Source of the DNA: an uncultured Desulfobacter sp.
GTDB taxonomy: Bacteria > Desulfobacterota > Desulfobacteria > Desulfobacterales > Desulfobacteraceae
DNA: 64,000 nt
Reading direction: 5' to 3'
Assembly: GCA_963665095.1 (NCBI GenBank)
Contig: OY762069.1
Location: 4,416,001-4,480,000 of the forward strand
Below, one piece after another: positions 1-10,114 of the stretch. Under the pieces are notes generated by a model that searched no databases, had not been told where the DNA came from, and saw nothing but the letters and a program-made list of their open reading frames with translations. Each line of letters starts with the position of its first letter. Positions within the stretch are counted from its first letter, which is position 1. The translations under genes and the position numbers were made by a program.

Positions 1-1143
1 AATACGCACATTTTCAAGGAATTCATCCGGGTCCTTGAGGTTTTCCTGGTTCTCAACCAGATTGCGGATCCAGGCAAACAACTCCCCTGTGTATTCGTCA
101 ATCCGGGTGCCTTCCTTGTAGGACCAGTGGGCGGCAATGCCCGATTCCGCCACCCGGTCCATGTCATGTGTCCGGATCTGGATCTCCACCCGCTCCCCTT
201 TGGGGCCGATCACGGTGGTGTGGATGGACTGATACATATTGGGCTTGGGATTGCCGATGTAGTCCTTGATCTTGTAATAGATGGGCTTCCACATGGAGTG
301 GACCGCCCCCATGGCAGCATAGCACTGGGGCACGGTATCCAGGATGATCCGGAAGGCGATGATGTCATAGACCTCGTCAAACTCCAGCCCCTGGGAGAGC
401 ATTTTCTGGTAAATGGAATAAAAGGATTTAAACCGGCCCTTGATCTGGCAGGGCAGTTCCATCTCCTCCATCTTGTAATGCAAAGAGGTGGAAACCTCTT
501 TTACATACTCTTCCTGTTCATCCTTGGCCTTGTTCACCAGGGCCTGGATGCGGTCATGCTCCTCTCGCAGGGTGTAGAAAAAGGCGATCTCTTCCAGTTC
601 ATTTTTAATCCAGAAGATGCCTAACCGGGCGGCAATGGGGGCATAGATATCCAGGGTCTCCTGGGCAATGGCCGCCTGTTTTTCCGGCTTCCGGTGGTAT
701 TTCAGGGTCCGCATGTTGTGCAGGCGGTCGGCAAGCTTGATGAGCACCACCCGGATATCATCTGCCATGGCAAGGATCATTTTGCGCAGGGATTCTGCCT
801 GCTGGGCCACTTTGGTGGCGGCATGCAGGGCCGACAGCTTGGTCACCCCTTCTACAATATGGGCAACGCCCGGGCCGAAAAGGGCGGTGATATCCTCCTT
901 GGTGGCAGGGGTGTCTTCAATAACATCATGGAGCAGGGCTGCGGCAATACTCTCGGTGTCCAGCCGCATCTCCGCCAGAATGTGAGCCACCTCCAGAGGG
1001 TGGGACAGATAAGGTTCCCCAGACAACCGCATCTGGCCTTCATGAACCCGGGCTGAATAGATATATGCCCGGTCAATAAGGGAGACATCTGCATCCGGAC
1101 TGTACTCATAAATGGTGTCCAGTATGTCGGTGATCCGGATCAT
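1..1143 (-). CDS. relA: RelA/SpoT family (p)ppGpp synthetase/hydrolase; N-terminal 381 codons, runs off the window
   Basis: Not in the ORF track. Manual translation from ATG at 1143 gives MIRITDILDTIYEYSPDADVS...SGEPYLSHPLEVA...ALLHDVIEDT...LIKLADRLHNMRTL...YQSIHTTV...VEIQIRT, which are the canonical RSH HD and synthetase motifs. Confidence 0.95.
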   Translation of the reverse strand, partial: MIRITDILDTIYEYSPDADVSLIDRAYIYSARVHEGQMRLSGEPYLSHPLEVAHILAEMRLDTESIAAALLHDVIEDTPATKEDITALFGPGVAHIVEGVTKLSALHAATKVAQQAESLRKMILAMADDIRVVLIKLADRLHNMRTLKYHRKPEKQAAIAQETLDIYAPIAARLGIFWIKNELEEIAFFYTLREEHDRIQALVNKAKDEQEEYVKEVSTSLHYKMEEMELPCQIKGRFKSFYSIYQKMLSQGLEFDEVYDIIAFRIILDTVPQCYAAMGAVHSMWKPIYYKIKDYIGNPKPNMYQSIHTTVIGPKGERVEIQIRTHDMDRVAESGIAAHWSYKEGTRIDEYTGELFAWIRNLVENQENLKDPDEFLENVRI

Positions 1144-1152
1144 TTTGGCTTA

Positions 1153-2658
1153 TTAATATGCCTTGGCAAACAGGACCCGTTTTGTACTCTTTGCCCCGCA
1201 GTAAATACAGGAGCCTTCCTCTTCAGGGCTGTCAAAGGGGATACATCGGATGGTTACGGACAGATCCTGTTTGATTTTTTCTTCACACTGGCCTGAACCG
1301 CACCAGTGGGCGTTGACAAAAGCCCCGTTATTAAACCCTTTTGCCTTTTTATACAGATCGTAGAATTCGTTTTTGTCGTCAATGGAAAAGGTGTTGGCCT
1401 CCCTGTATGCGGCAGCACGCTGGAACAGGGTGCTCTGGATGTCATCCAGAATATCGGTGATTGAATTAATGAACTCGTCCCGGTTGATGCCTTTTTTCTC
1501 GCCGGTGTCTCTGCGGGCCATGAACACACTGTTGTTTTCAATGTCCCGGGGCCCGAGCTCAATGCGCACGGGGATTCCTTTTTTAACCCATTCCCATCCC
1601 CTGGCACCGCCAATGTCCCGACCGTCAATTTCCACTTCCACAGGACGGCCATGAAAGATTTGTTGCCGCAGCGCGTCTTTCAATGCCTGGGCGTTTTCAA
1701 GAATGGCTGTATTGTCTGCCCCTTTTTTGACAATGGGAAGGATTACCACATGGGCCGGGGCCACACGGGGCGGGACCACCAGGCCGTCATCATCGGAATG
1801 CACCATGATCATGCCGCCGATCATCCGGGTGGAAACCCCCCAGGAGGTGGTCCAGGCAAAGGCCTCCTGGCCCTCTTCATTCTGGAACGTGATGTTGGAG
1901 CCCTTGGCAAAGTTCTGCCCCAGAAAATGGGAGGTGCCGGCCTGCAGCGCCCGTTTATCCTGCATCATTGCCTCAATACAGGTGGTCTCATCCGCACCTG
2001 GGAACCGTTCAGCTTCGCTTTTACACCCCTTGACCACCGGCATGGCCAGGCACTCTTCCACAAATTTTGCGTAAATTTCAAGCATCTGATAGGTCCGCGC
2101 TTCCGCCTCTTCCTTTGTGGCGTGGGCGGTATGCCCCTCCTGCCACAAAAATTCACTGGTGCGCAAAAACATACGGGTGCGCATCTCCCAGCGCACCACA
2201 TTGGCCCACTGGTTTAAAAGGATGGGAAGATCCCGGTAGGAAGAGGTCCATTTGGACATGGATTCTCCGATGATGGTTTCAGATGTGGGACGCACGATCA
2301 AAGGCTCGGCAAGTTTCCCGGCCGGAACCAGTCCTCCTTCAGGTCCTTTTTCCAGCTTGTGGTGGGTAACAACGGCGCACTCTTTGGCAAACCCTTCCAC
2401 ATGCTCGGCCTCTTTTTCAAGGTAGCTTAAGGGAATAAATAATGGGAAATAGGCATTTTTAACCCCGGTCTCCTTGAACAGGTCGTCCATCTGACGCTGG
2501 ATATTCTCCCAGATGGCAAATCCCCAGGGTTTGATCACCATGCAGCCCCGGACCGGTGAGTTTTCCGACATATCCGAAGCTTTGACCACCTCCTGGTACC
2601 ACTGGGCATAATCCTCAACCCTGGTGGGGGTGATGGCTGTTTTAACTTTCTTTCCCAT
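1153..2658 (-). CDS. proS: Proline--tRNA ligase (archaeal/eukaryote-like type, no INS editing domain)
   Basis: VRPTSET, QWANVVRWE, FLRTSEFLWQEGHT, QAGTSHFLGQNF, SWGVSTR; C-terminal TIRCIPF...CIYCG...FAKAY. Confidence 0.97.
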   Translation of the reverse strand: MGKKVKTAITPTRVEDYAQWYQEVVKASDMSENSPVRGCMVIKPWGFAIWENIQRQMDDLFKETGVKNAYFPLFIPLSYLEKEAEHVEGFAKECAVVTHHKLEKGPEGGLVPAGKLAEPLIVRPTSETIIGESMSKWTSSYRDLPILLNQWANVVRWEMRTRMFLRTSEFLWQEGHTAHATKEEAEARTYQMLEIYAKFVEECLAMPVVKGCKSEAERFPGADETTCIEAMMQDKRALQAGTSHFLGQNFAKGSNITFQNEEGQEAFAWTTSWGVSTRMIGGMIMVHSDDDGLVVPPRVAPAHVVILPIVKKGADNTAILENAQALKDALRQQIFHGRPVEVEIDGRDIGGARGWEWVKKGIPVRIELGPRDIENNSVFMARRDTGEKKGINRDEFINSITDILDDIQSTLFQRAAAYREANTFSIDDKNEFYDLYKKAKGFNNGAFVNAHWCGSGQCEEKIKQDLSVTIRCIPFDSPEEEGSCIYCGAKSTKRVLFAKAY

Positions 2659-3736
2659 TTATCTCCTCCGCATTTTTTGTCATTGCGTCAATTTCTTTTA
2701 TCAGTTCATCCACAAGGCAATCCTGATCAATTTTGCGGATCACCTCTCCTTTTTTAAACAGGATGCCCTTGCCGTCACCGCCGGCAATGCCGATGTCCGC
2801 TTCTTTGGCTTCTCCGGGCCCGTTGACCACACATCCCATAATAGCAACTTTAATCCGTGCAGAACGTTCAAGTAAAGCTTTTTCTACCTGCTCTGCTATT
2901 TTAAATAAATTGATTTTACACCGGCCGCAGGTGGGGCATGAAATCAGCTCCGGGCCACGCTGGCGAATCCCTAATGCCCTTAAAATTTCAAATCCTGTGC
3001 GGATTTCTTCCACCGGGTCCCGGGTGAGTGATACCCGAATGGTATCCCCGATGCCTTCGGACAGCAGCATGCCAATTCCGATGGCCGACTTGGTGATGCC
3101 GGCATAAAGTCCGCCGGCCTCAGTAACCCCCACATGAAACGGCACATCCGTTAACGGTGCGAGCATGCGGTAGGCATCCACGGTCCGTTCCACATCCGAG
3201 GCTTTCAAAGAGACCTTGATATCATAAAACCCGAGATCCTCCAGAATCCGGATATTGGCCAGTGCGCTTTCCACCATGCCCCGGGCGGTCACACCATATT
3301 GTTTCTCAATCTCTTTTTCCAGAGACCCGCCGTTCACCCCGATGCGGATGGGCAGTTTGTGGGCCGTTGCACAGTCCACCACCGCCTTTATTTTATCCCG
3401 GGTGCCGATGTTGCCGGGATTGATCCGCAACGCGTCCACCCCGGACTCGGCAGATGCAATGGCCAGGCGCCAGTCAAAATGGATATCAGCGATCAATGGA
3501 ATATTAATCTGCTCTTTGATCTGCCGCAGGGCCAGGGCTGCCTCCATATCAGGTACCGCCACGCGGATAATTTCACACCCGGCCTTTTCCAGGGATAATA
3601 TCTGGCTGACAGTGGCGTTGACATCCTGGGTCTGTGTGTTGGTCATGGATTGAACCGACACACACGCATCCGATCCCACAGGCTGTGATCCCACCTTTAT
3701 CTGCCGGGTTTTCCGGCGTTCTTGAAGCAACGGCAT
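2642..3736 (-). CDS. ispG: 4-hydroxy-3-methylbut-2-en-1-yl diphosphate synthase
   Basis: VQSMTNT, PLIADIHF, RINPGNIG, HVGVTEAG, GDTIRVSLT, ISCPTCGR, MGCVVNGPGE. Start moved to MPLLQERRKTR (3736). Confidence 0.97.
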   Translation of the reverse strand: MPLLQERRKTRQIKVGSQPVGSDACVSVQSMTNTQTQDVNATVSQILSLEKAGCEIIRVAVPDMEAALALRQIKEQINIPLIADIHFDWRLAIASAESGVDALRINPGNIGTRDKIKAVVDCATAHKLPIRIGVNGGSLEKEIEKQYGVTARGMVESALANIRILEDLGFYDIKVSLKASDVERTVDAYRMLAPLTDVPFHVGVTEAGGLYAGITKSAIGIGMLLSEGIGDTIRVSLTRDPVEEIRTGFEILRALGIRQRGPELISCPTCGRCKINLFKIAEQVEKALLERSARIKVAIMGCVVNGPGEAKEADIGIAGGDGKGILFKKGEVIRKIDQDCLVDELIKEIDAMTKNAEEINGKES

Positions 3737-3955
3737 AATTAAAGTTCCTTTTAAAAAAAAGCAAATGCCTGCATCCCGGTTCGAATGCAAGCATAATATG
3801 TGATCCGTAAATTATCATACAGGGGGATGTTTTTTCAAGTTGTTCATAACATGCTGCATTCCGAATCAAAAAGAATAAACGCGGTGATTTCCTGTGAACG
3901 CTTCCAGCCTTGCAGCCGCTTGTTTTTTAGTATGCTTGTTTGTATTGTATATCTG

Positions 3956-4627
3956 ATGAAAAAATCTTCAAAGAACAGGCTTACCAGCCGGCAGCAGGCC
4001 TTATTTCCCGGGGATACTCTTTTTGATAAAATTGCCCGGGCGGTCTGCCGGTCGGGAACGCTTCCGAGAAAAGAGCTTTACGAGGCATGGGAGGTGGCCA
4101 AACGGGTCAGGAGGCATTTCCGGGGCGGAAGAATTATTGATCTTGCCTGCGGCCACGGACTGGTGTCTCATATCCTGCTGCTTCTGGATAATACCTCGCC
4201 CTGCGCCCTTGCCGTTGATCTCAATATTCCGGAAAATGCCCGAAAATTGTCTGATGCATTGATTGACACCTGGCCCCGGTTAAAGGATAGAATCATTTTC
4301 AAGCAGATGCCCCTTGAGCAGGTAAGCGTCTCTTCCCGGGATATTGTGGTCTCTGTCCATGCCTGCGGCCGCCTTACAGATGATGTGATTAAAAAGGCGG
4401 TATCTGCCCGGGCAAAGGTTGCGGTGCTTCCCTGCTGCCATGATCTTGAGGTCTGTGATACCGGGGGGCTTGACGGCTGGATGGACGGCCCTCTGGCCGT
4501 GGACGCCATACGGGCCGTCCGGTTGTCTGCCCTTGGGTATTCTGTGATGACAAAAACAATTCCTGCCGAAGTTACCCCTAAAAACAGGCTGTTAATAGCG
4601 TGTTCGGATTTGGAAAAGGATGCTTAG
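3956..4627 (+). CDS. SAM-dependent methyltransferase (Methyltransf_32-like)
   Basis: IIDLACGHG motif I, VSVHACGRLTD, LPCCH, TPKNRLL. Likely start MKKSSKNR at 3956. Confidence 0.75.
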   Translation: MKKSSKNRLTSRQQALFPGDTLFDKIARAVCRSGTLPRKELYEAWEVAKRVRRHFRGGRIIDLACGHGLVSHILLLLDNTSPCALAVDLNIPENARKLSDALIDTWPRLKDRIIFKQMPLEQVSVSSRDIVVSVHACGRLTDDVIKKAVSARAKVAVLPCCHDLEVCDTGGLDGWMDGPLAVDAIRAVRLSALGYSVMTKTIPAEVTPKNRLLIACSDLEKDA

Positions 4628-4730
4628 ATCCGGCATCGGAATATCTGAATATTATTGATGATGGAAAAGCTGCCCCGGCGCAGTGGGGAGCCGGATGAAC
4701 AGTAGTGTTGCCGCTTTCCGGGCTGTACGA

Positions 4731-5525
4731 TTATTTTATATCGGGAATGTCATCAAAAATCCGGGCCAGGGCGCTTAAAGAGCCTTGCAGGTTGGCAAGC
4801 TTGAACACTTCAAGAGATACAGTGCCGGTGTAACGCTTAAGTTGCTCCATAACCGCGTTAAACGTCTCCGGTGCCATTTTATCCAGGCCGATGTGGTCCC
4901 TGGGCGGATCAAGGCTGGTATCCACCCCGTGGAGGTGGATCAGACTGATTTTTGAACCGAAGCGCTCAAAGGTGCGTGCCGTGTCATATCCGTATTTGAT
5001 GTGGTGGCCGAGGTCGGCGCATACGGACAGATGAAAATCCTTTACTAAGTCTGCAAATATTTCCGGAGAATACCACAGGGTCTCCACGCCAATCTTTGAC
5101 GGGTCCTCCAGTGACGGTGCCAGCAGTTCCAGGCCCTTTCGTGCATTCTTTTGCCAGGCCGTGATGGCCTTACGGGGCGGCAGCGGCTTATCCATCTCCA
5201 GGTGAAGGGTAAAGCTTGTGACAGGTGCCGGGGAAAACCGTTCAATAACCAGTTTCAAAGTATCTGCGGCATCCTGCCGCTCCATTGCTGTGGCAGCACT
5301 TAAGCTGATGTCTGTGGGCAGGTGGACATTGTAGGTCAGATCCAGATCCCGGGCCAGAAGTGCCAGTTCCTTGACATCGGCTTTGGAGGGGATCACCTCT
5401 TCGGGCTTGCTTTCAAACACCAGAAGCTCAATTTCATCAAAAAAAGCGCCGATTTTTTTCACATTGGGGATGATGTGATCCGGGTAGATAAAGGAGGTGG
5501 TGGCAAGTCGAAACGGTCTTTTCAT
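4731..5525 (-). CDS. cbiR: Cobamide remodelling phosphodiesterase CbiR-like (AP endonuclease 2 / xylose-isomerase-like TIM barrel)
   Basis: N-terminus FRLATTSFIYP...EIELLVFES, plus YNVHLP, CADLGH, IHLHG, DHIGL, SLEVF metal ligands. Overlaps the cbiB stop at the end of a cob operon. Confidence 0.8.
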   Translation of the reverse strand: MKRPFRLATTSFIYPDHIIPNVKKIGAFFDEIELLVFESKPEEVIPSKADVKELALLARDLDLTYNVHLPTDISLSAATAMERQDAADTLKLVIERFSPAPVTSFTLHLEMDKPLPPRKAITAWQKNARKGLELLAPSLEDPSKIGVETLWYSPEIFADLVKDFHLSVCADLGHHIKYGYDTARTFERFGSKISLIHLHGVDTSLDPPRDHIGLDKMAPETFNAVMEQLKRYTGTVSLEVFKLANLQGSLSALARIFDDIPDIK

Positions 5526-6481
5526 CAGAACAGGCTCCAGGCTGAGATGCAGGCAATTATTGTGGAGATAAACGCCGACAGCACCATTAAATCACAGGAC
5601 TTTTTGATGTGTGAGGGGTTGGGATCATTAAAGGCCCCGCCGATATAAGGCTTTTCCACAAGTTGTCCATGGTAGATATTGGGCCCGCCGAACCGAACCC
5701 CCATGGCCCCTGCAAAGGCGGCTTCGGGAAATCCGGCATTGGGGCTTTTATGGTTGCGGCCCTGGGTCAGTGCGGTGGTCAGGGCCCGCCTGCCCCGGAA
5801 AAAAGAAATAGCCGCTGCTGCCAGGGAAACCATCACCACCGAAAGCCGGGCCGGAATGAAATTGGCCACATCATCTATACGGGCGGCAGATCTGCCGAAC
5901 AGAATATAGGTGTCATTTTTATACCCCACCATGGAGTCCAGGGTGTTGATCATTTTGTACATCATGGCCCCCGGCGCCCCAAGAACCAGGGCAAAACAAA
6001 GGGGGGACAAAAAGCCATCCACAAAGTTTTCGGCCACGGTTTCACAGGCTGCCCGGGTGATGCCCGCCTCATCCAGGTCCTTGGTCTGCCGGCCCACAAT
6101 ATATCCCACCTTGATCCGGGCCAGGGGCAGGTCTCCTTTGGCCAGGGGGGTAAATACATCCATGGCAGCTTTGTAGAGACTTTTCGTGGAGAAACTGAAA
6201 AAAATCAGGATGGCCTGGACCAGAAGCCCTGCCGCCGGATGGAGCATATTGGCGGCGGATACCACCGCCCAGGTCAGGCAGAAGGCCGCCGTAATCAGGA
6301 AAAGGGCAAATATCAGCCCTGCCTGAAACGGATGTTTAATCCAGCTGCGGAACCGGGGCTCAAAATAGGAAATGGCCCGGCCCATCCATATAATGGGGTG
6401 GGGCAGCCATGCCGGGTCCCCGGCCAGAAGATCCAGAATAAAGGCGGCGGCGATTACCTGCCATGTGAGATCAAATATCAT
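5525..6481 (-). CDS. cbiB: Adenosylcobinamide-phosphate synthase
   Basis: GDPAWLPHPIIWMG, IVGRQT, ETVAENFVDG, YKMINTLDSMVGYK, SPNAGFPEAA. Confidence 0.95.
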   Translation of the reverse strand: MIFDLTWQVIAAAFILDLLAGDPAWLPHPIIWMGRAISYFEPRFRSWIKHPFQAGLIFALFLITAAFCLTWAVVSAANMLHPAAGLLVQAILIFFSFSTKSLYKAAMDVFTPLAKGDLPLARIKVGYIVGRQTKDLDEAGITRAACETVAENFVDGFLSPLCFALVLGAPGAMMYKMINTLDSMVGYKNDTYILFGRSAARIDDVANFIPARLSVVMVSLAAAAISFFRGRRALTTALTQGRNHKSPNAGFPEAAFAGAMGVRFGGPNIYHGQLVEKPYIGGAFNDPNPSHIKKSCDLMVLSAFISTIIACISAWSLF

Positions 6482-6503
6482 GTTGCCGTGTTACCTTAAA
6501 TTT

Positions 6504-7580
6504 TTAAGTCAAAGCGGTTTTAATGCTTTGGGCCAGTGCCAGGTTAATCTCCCGGGTTTTCAGGGAGAACCGGACAAACTTTTCGGTGAGCCCTTCAAAG
6601 TTGGTGCAGTCCCGGATCAGAAATTTGTCATCCCCTACCCTGCGGCATAACTCTGGTGCAGTACAGGTTTCAAGCCTGGCCAGAATAAAATAGACCGGCA
6701 CATCAAACAGCCGGATTCCCGGGGTGCCGGCTAAGGCATTTGTAAACACACGGCGTTCCTGTTCAATATACTTTCTTGTTTTCCGGTAAAAAGGCAGGAT
6801 CTCTTCGGGGTGGTCATACACATCCCAGATCACAGCCTGGGCCAGGGCATTGACGCTCCAGGGCTGGTAATGGGCCATCACCTTTTCAATCAAAGGCCTG
6901 GCCCCGCTTAAAAAACCTGTGCGAAGTCCTGGAATCCGGAAAATTTTGGACATGGAGGAGAGAACCAGCAGATTGGGAAGGTCGGTGCGTTTTACCAGAG
7001 AGAGGCTCTCGGCATCAGGCACAAAGGGAAGATAGGACTCATCCACCAGAAAGCAGGTGTCGGGATGGGCCTGAATCAACCGTTCCAGCGCCTTTTTTTC
7101 CACCAACGTCCCGGTGGGGTTATTGGGGTTGCAGATAAACACTATATCCGCTTGCCCGGCCATGCGGGACAAGGTATCCATGTCCGGGGAAAAATTGTTT
7201 TCCGGCAGGGTCAGGCAGTGCGTGATCCCAACGTTGTGGGCGGCACAGGCATCCCTGTAATCGGAATAGGCCGGTCCCAGAATCAGGGCCTTTTTAACCC
7301 CTAGCGCCAAAGGCAGGGTATAGATAAAAAAGGTGGTGCCGTTTCCGGCAACCACGCATCCCGGATCAATGCCGCAATACCGGGAAAACCCTTTTGTCAT
7401 GCTGACGGCATCCGGTTCCGGAAGGGCGTGGATCAAATGGATATTCTCCCGGATTAAATTGTGAATCCGTTCGGGCGGCCCCAGCGGGTTCAGGTTTGAA
7501 CTCATATCAATGATATCTTCAAGCTTGCACCCTATGCGGTCTGCCAGCTGCTGCTTATTTCCTCCGTGTCCCTGGATCAT
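6504..7580 (-). CDS. cobD: L-threonine-O-3-phosphate decarboxylase (PLP)
   Basis: HGGN start, DMSSNLNPLG, CNPNNPTG, VDESY, SMSKIFRIPGLRTG, LIRDCTNF; cob context. Confidence 0.9.
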   Translation of the reverse strand: MIQGHGGNKQQLADRIGCKLEDIIDMSSNLNPLGPPERIHNLIRENIHLIHALPEPDAVSMTKGFSRYCGIDPGCVVAGNGTTFFIYTLPLALGVKKALILGPAYSDYRDACAAHNVGITHCLTLPENNFSPDMDTLSRMAGQADIVFICNPNNPTGTLVEKKALERLIQAHPDTCFLVDESYLPFVPDAESLSLVKRTDLPNLLVLSSMSKIFRIPGLRTGFLSGARPLIEKVMAHYQPWSVNALAQAVIWDVYDHPEEILPFYRKTRKYIEQERRVFTNALAGTPGIRLFDVPVYFILARLETCTAPELCRRVGDDKFLIRDCTNFEGLTEKFVRFSLKTREINLALAQSIKTALT

Positions 7581-7594
7581 TTTCTAACTTTCAA

Positions 7595-8359
7595 TTATAT
7601 AAGGCTTGCACCGGCAAGCATGAACAGCCAGGCCTCCATGACTTCGGTCATGGCCCCGAGCATGTCGCCGGTAATGCAGTCCATCTGTTTTTTGTAAAAT
7701 CGTAAAATAACAACACACCCGATAATAAATCCGGCAATCAGAATCAGCCCTTTGATGCCCAGAAACAAGGAGAGGCAAAAAGGAATCAGGCACAATGAAA
7801 AATCTTTCATCCCAAGGGCGCGGTCAAATAAATCTTTCCCTGTGCCCTGGCCCCTTCCGTAATTCAGATATTTGATGCCGAAAATCATGGAGGCCCTGGC
7901 AAAGGCGGGCACCAGGAAAAGGACACCGGCTGCCTGGATTGGCGAACAGGTGGTCTTCACCGACCAGAGACCGGCAAGTTTGACCAGAAGCCCTAGTACC
8001 ACGGCCACCAGTCCCATCATCCCGGTTCGTGAATCCTTCATGATCTCCAGAGCCCGTTCCCTTCCCCGGTGGCTGAACATTCCATCTGCCGTATCCCCGA
8101 GTCCATCCAGGTGAAAGGCCCCTGTGACGGTCACAAGGCAGATGAGATCAATCAGTGCGGCAGCAGGGGCTGCCCACACCATTGACGCAAAAAAATCAAC
8201 CAGGACCAGCAGCGCACCGATTACAAGTCCCACCACAGGAAAAAAACGGATCATGCCCAAAGGGGAATATGCCAAAGTTTTGCCTGTGGGCAGAATGGTG
8301 ATAAAGGCCATGCAGGCCCGAAGGTCTGAAAAAAAACCAGATTTGTCTGAAGCACTCAC
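7595..8359 (-). CDS. cobS: Adenosylcobinamide-GDP ribazoletransferase (cobalamin synthase)
   Basis: TGAFHLDGLGDTADG, LEIMKDSRTG, ITGDMLGA; hydrophobic membrane protein. Confidence 0.95.
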   Translation of the reverse strand: MSASDKSGFFSDLRACMAFITILPTGKTLAYSPLGMIRFFPVVGLVIGALLVLVDFFASMVWAAPAAALIDLICLVTVTGAFHLDGLGDTADGMFSHRGRERALEIMKDSRTGMMGLVAVVLGLLVKLAGLWSVKTTCSPIQAAGVLFLVPAFARASMIFGIKYLNYGRGQGTGKDLFDRALGMKDFSLCLIPFCLSLFLGIKGLILIAGFIIGCVVILRFYKKQMDCITGDMLGAMTEVMEAWLFMLAGASLI

Positions 8360-8385
8360 TTGGTTACACTTTCTTTAAAATCATT

Positions 8386-9351
8386 TTAGGCCGGGGTTTT
8401 GCGGGTTTGGTAAAAGATTCCCCGGTCCTGTTTATTGAACACCGCATCACCCTGGTCCACCAGATGGTCAAGCAGCGCCTGGACGTCAGATGCGTCGGCC
8501 CCGAGCATGGAGGCCAGGTCCCTGCAGGTGGAGGGCCGCCGGTGAATGGTTTCAAGGATGGCTGTTTCAAGGCTTTCCTTACGATCTGAGCTTGAACGCC
8601 CTGCTCCGGCGGTATTTTCTGCCGGTATCCGGGCAATGATCTCCACCTTATCCGGCCCAAGATAATTTTTTATCCGTTCCAGGGTCAGGCGGCCGGCAGG
8701 TTTTACAAAGCTGCAGGTGCCGGGTCTGTCCAGGGCATTGAGCTGGACAAGGTCGGGTTTTATGTCGGCAATGGCCTGTTTGAACAGGGCCAGCTCCCCG
8801 TCATTGTCGTTGATCCCTTCAAGGATAAAAATTTCAAGATGAAGCCTGCCGTGAAATTGGGTTCGAAACGCCTGGATACCTTTAATAATATCATCCGGAT
8901 CAACGCCTTGAAAGGGCCGGTTGATTTTCCTGAAAGCGGGCTTGGACACCGCATCCAGAGACGGTACTACCAGGTCGGCCAGCGCCAGTTCCTGCCGGAG
9001 GCCAGGATCCGTAAGCAGGGTGGCATTGGTCAGAACGGCCACCCGGATGCCGGGCCTGTGGTGTTTAATGTATTCAATGACCCGGCCAAGGTCCTTATTC
9101 AGAGTGGGCTCCCCCGAACCTGAAAAAGTGATGTAATCCGGATCTTCATTATTTTCAAAATAGTGGTCCAGTTCTTCGCACACCCGGTCAAAGGGGACCC
9201 AGGATTTCCGTTCCAGGGTCAGCTCCGTGGTCTGTCCGCATTCGCAATAGACACAGTCCAGGCTGCATACTTTATGAACCACCAGGTCCACGCCTAAGGA
9301 GACACCTAAACGCCGGGAGGCCACAGGGCCGAACAGGTGCTGGTAGGTCAT
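8386..9351 (-). CDS. Radical SAM protein (TYW1-like/COG0731 type), function unknown
   Basis: FGPVASRRLGVSLGVD, CSLDCVYC (CxxxCxxC), ITFSGSGEPTL. ATGA overlap with the cobU stop; C-terminal HTH-like segment. Confidence 0.85.
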   Translation of the reverse strand: MTYQHLFGPVASRRLGVSLGVDLVVHKVCSLDCVYCECGQTTELTLERKSWVPFDRVCEELDHYFENNEDPDYITFSGSGEPTLNKDLGRVIEYIKHHRPGIRVAVLTNATLLTDPGLRQELALADLVVPSLDAVSKPAFRKINRPFQGVDPDDIIKGIQAFRTQFHGRLHLEIFILEGINDNDGELALFKQAIADIKPDLVQLNALDRPGTCSFVKPAGRLTLERIKNYLGPDKVEIIARIPAENTAGAGRSSSDRKESLETAILETIHRRPSTCRDLASMLGADASDVQALLDHLVDQGDAVFNKQDRGIFYQTRKTPA

Positions 9352-9929
9352 TGGGCGTTCCCTGGTGTAAGGCCCGCGCCTGAGGTTTGCAGGGTGCTGT
9401 TCGGTTTGATCTGCACAGGAATGCCTGCCATGGTAACAAAAACCTGGTCCACAGCCTTTGCCACCCGCTGGTTCACCAGCCCTGCCATATCCCGGAACTG
9501 CCGGGCAAGACTGTTATCAGGCACAATGCCGTATCCCACCTCATTGGAGACCAGGATCACCGGACAAAGCGCCTGGTCCAGCGCTGCTGCCAGAAGATCC
9601 ACCGCCGCCATGATGGCTGCCTCATCCATGCCTTTGAACAGCAGGTTGGAGGTCCACAGCGTCAGGCAGTCCACCAGAATCACGCTGGCGTCTGCACTGG
9701 CTGTCACAATGGCGTCATGGATCAGAACCGGTTCTTCAACCGTGGCCCAGTCCGGCCCGCGGTCATCCTGATGGCGTTTAACCCTTTCTTCCATCTCCGG
9801 ATCCGCAGGTACCGAGGTGGCCAGATAAATTTTTTTGCTTTCTGCCATGTTGTCGGCAGTCTGTTTGGCAAAACCGCTTTTACCGCTCCTGCAGCCGCCA
9901 AGTACCAGTATGCTGTGTCTGTCTGTCAT
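9348..9929 (-). CDS. cobU: Bifunctional adenosylcobinamide kinase/guanylyltransferase
   Basis: GGCRSGKS P-loop, YLAT, RVKRHQDDR, LVDCLTLW, VSNEVGYG, FRDMAG. Start moved to MTDRHSILV. Confidence 0.95.
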   Translation of the reverse strand: MTDRHSILVLGGCRSGKSGFAKQTADNMAESKKIYLATSVPADPEMEERVKRHQDDRGPDWATVEEPVLIHDAIVTASADASVILVDCLTLWTSNLLFKGMDEAAIMAAVDLLAAALDQALCPVILVSNEVGYGIVPDNSLARQFRDMAGLVNQRVAKAVDQVFVTMAGIPVQIKPNSTLQTSGAGLTPGNAQ

Positions 9930-10114
9930 CTTTAAAAGGTCTTTCTTTCTTAAATAAAAGCGGCCCAAGGATAACTCATCCACAGTATTAGTTGCAACTT
10001 AAAATTATGGGCTGCAAGTGGTATAGTTTTCGTTATGGAAGATAAGCAGGGAATGAAAATTCCGTTGTAGATCTCAGATACGCATCACACCTAAATTTTA
10101 TCAAAGGATATATA

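Noticed and set aside
127..1109. Short ORFs in the track at the window start
   Set aside because: They are antisense or off-frame shadows of the relA/spoT CDS, which the track missed because it runs off the edge.
3737..3955. Extended N-termini given by the ORF track (ispG and the methyltransferase; likewise cobU, meaB, the aminotransferase, the HD protein and the OppC-like permease)
   Set aside because: Downstream starts have better RBS or coupling and match family N-termini.
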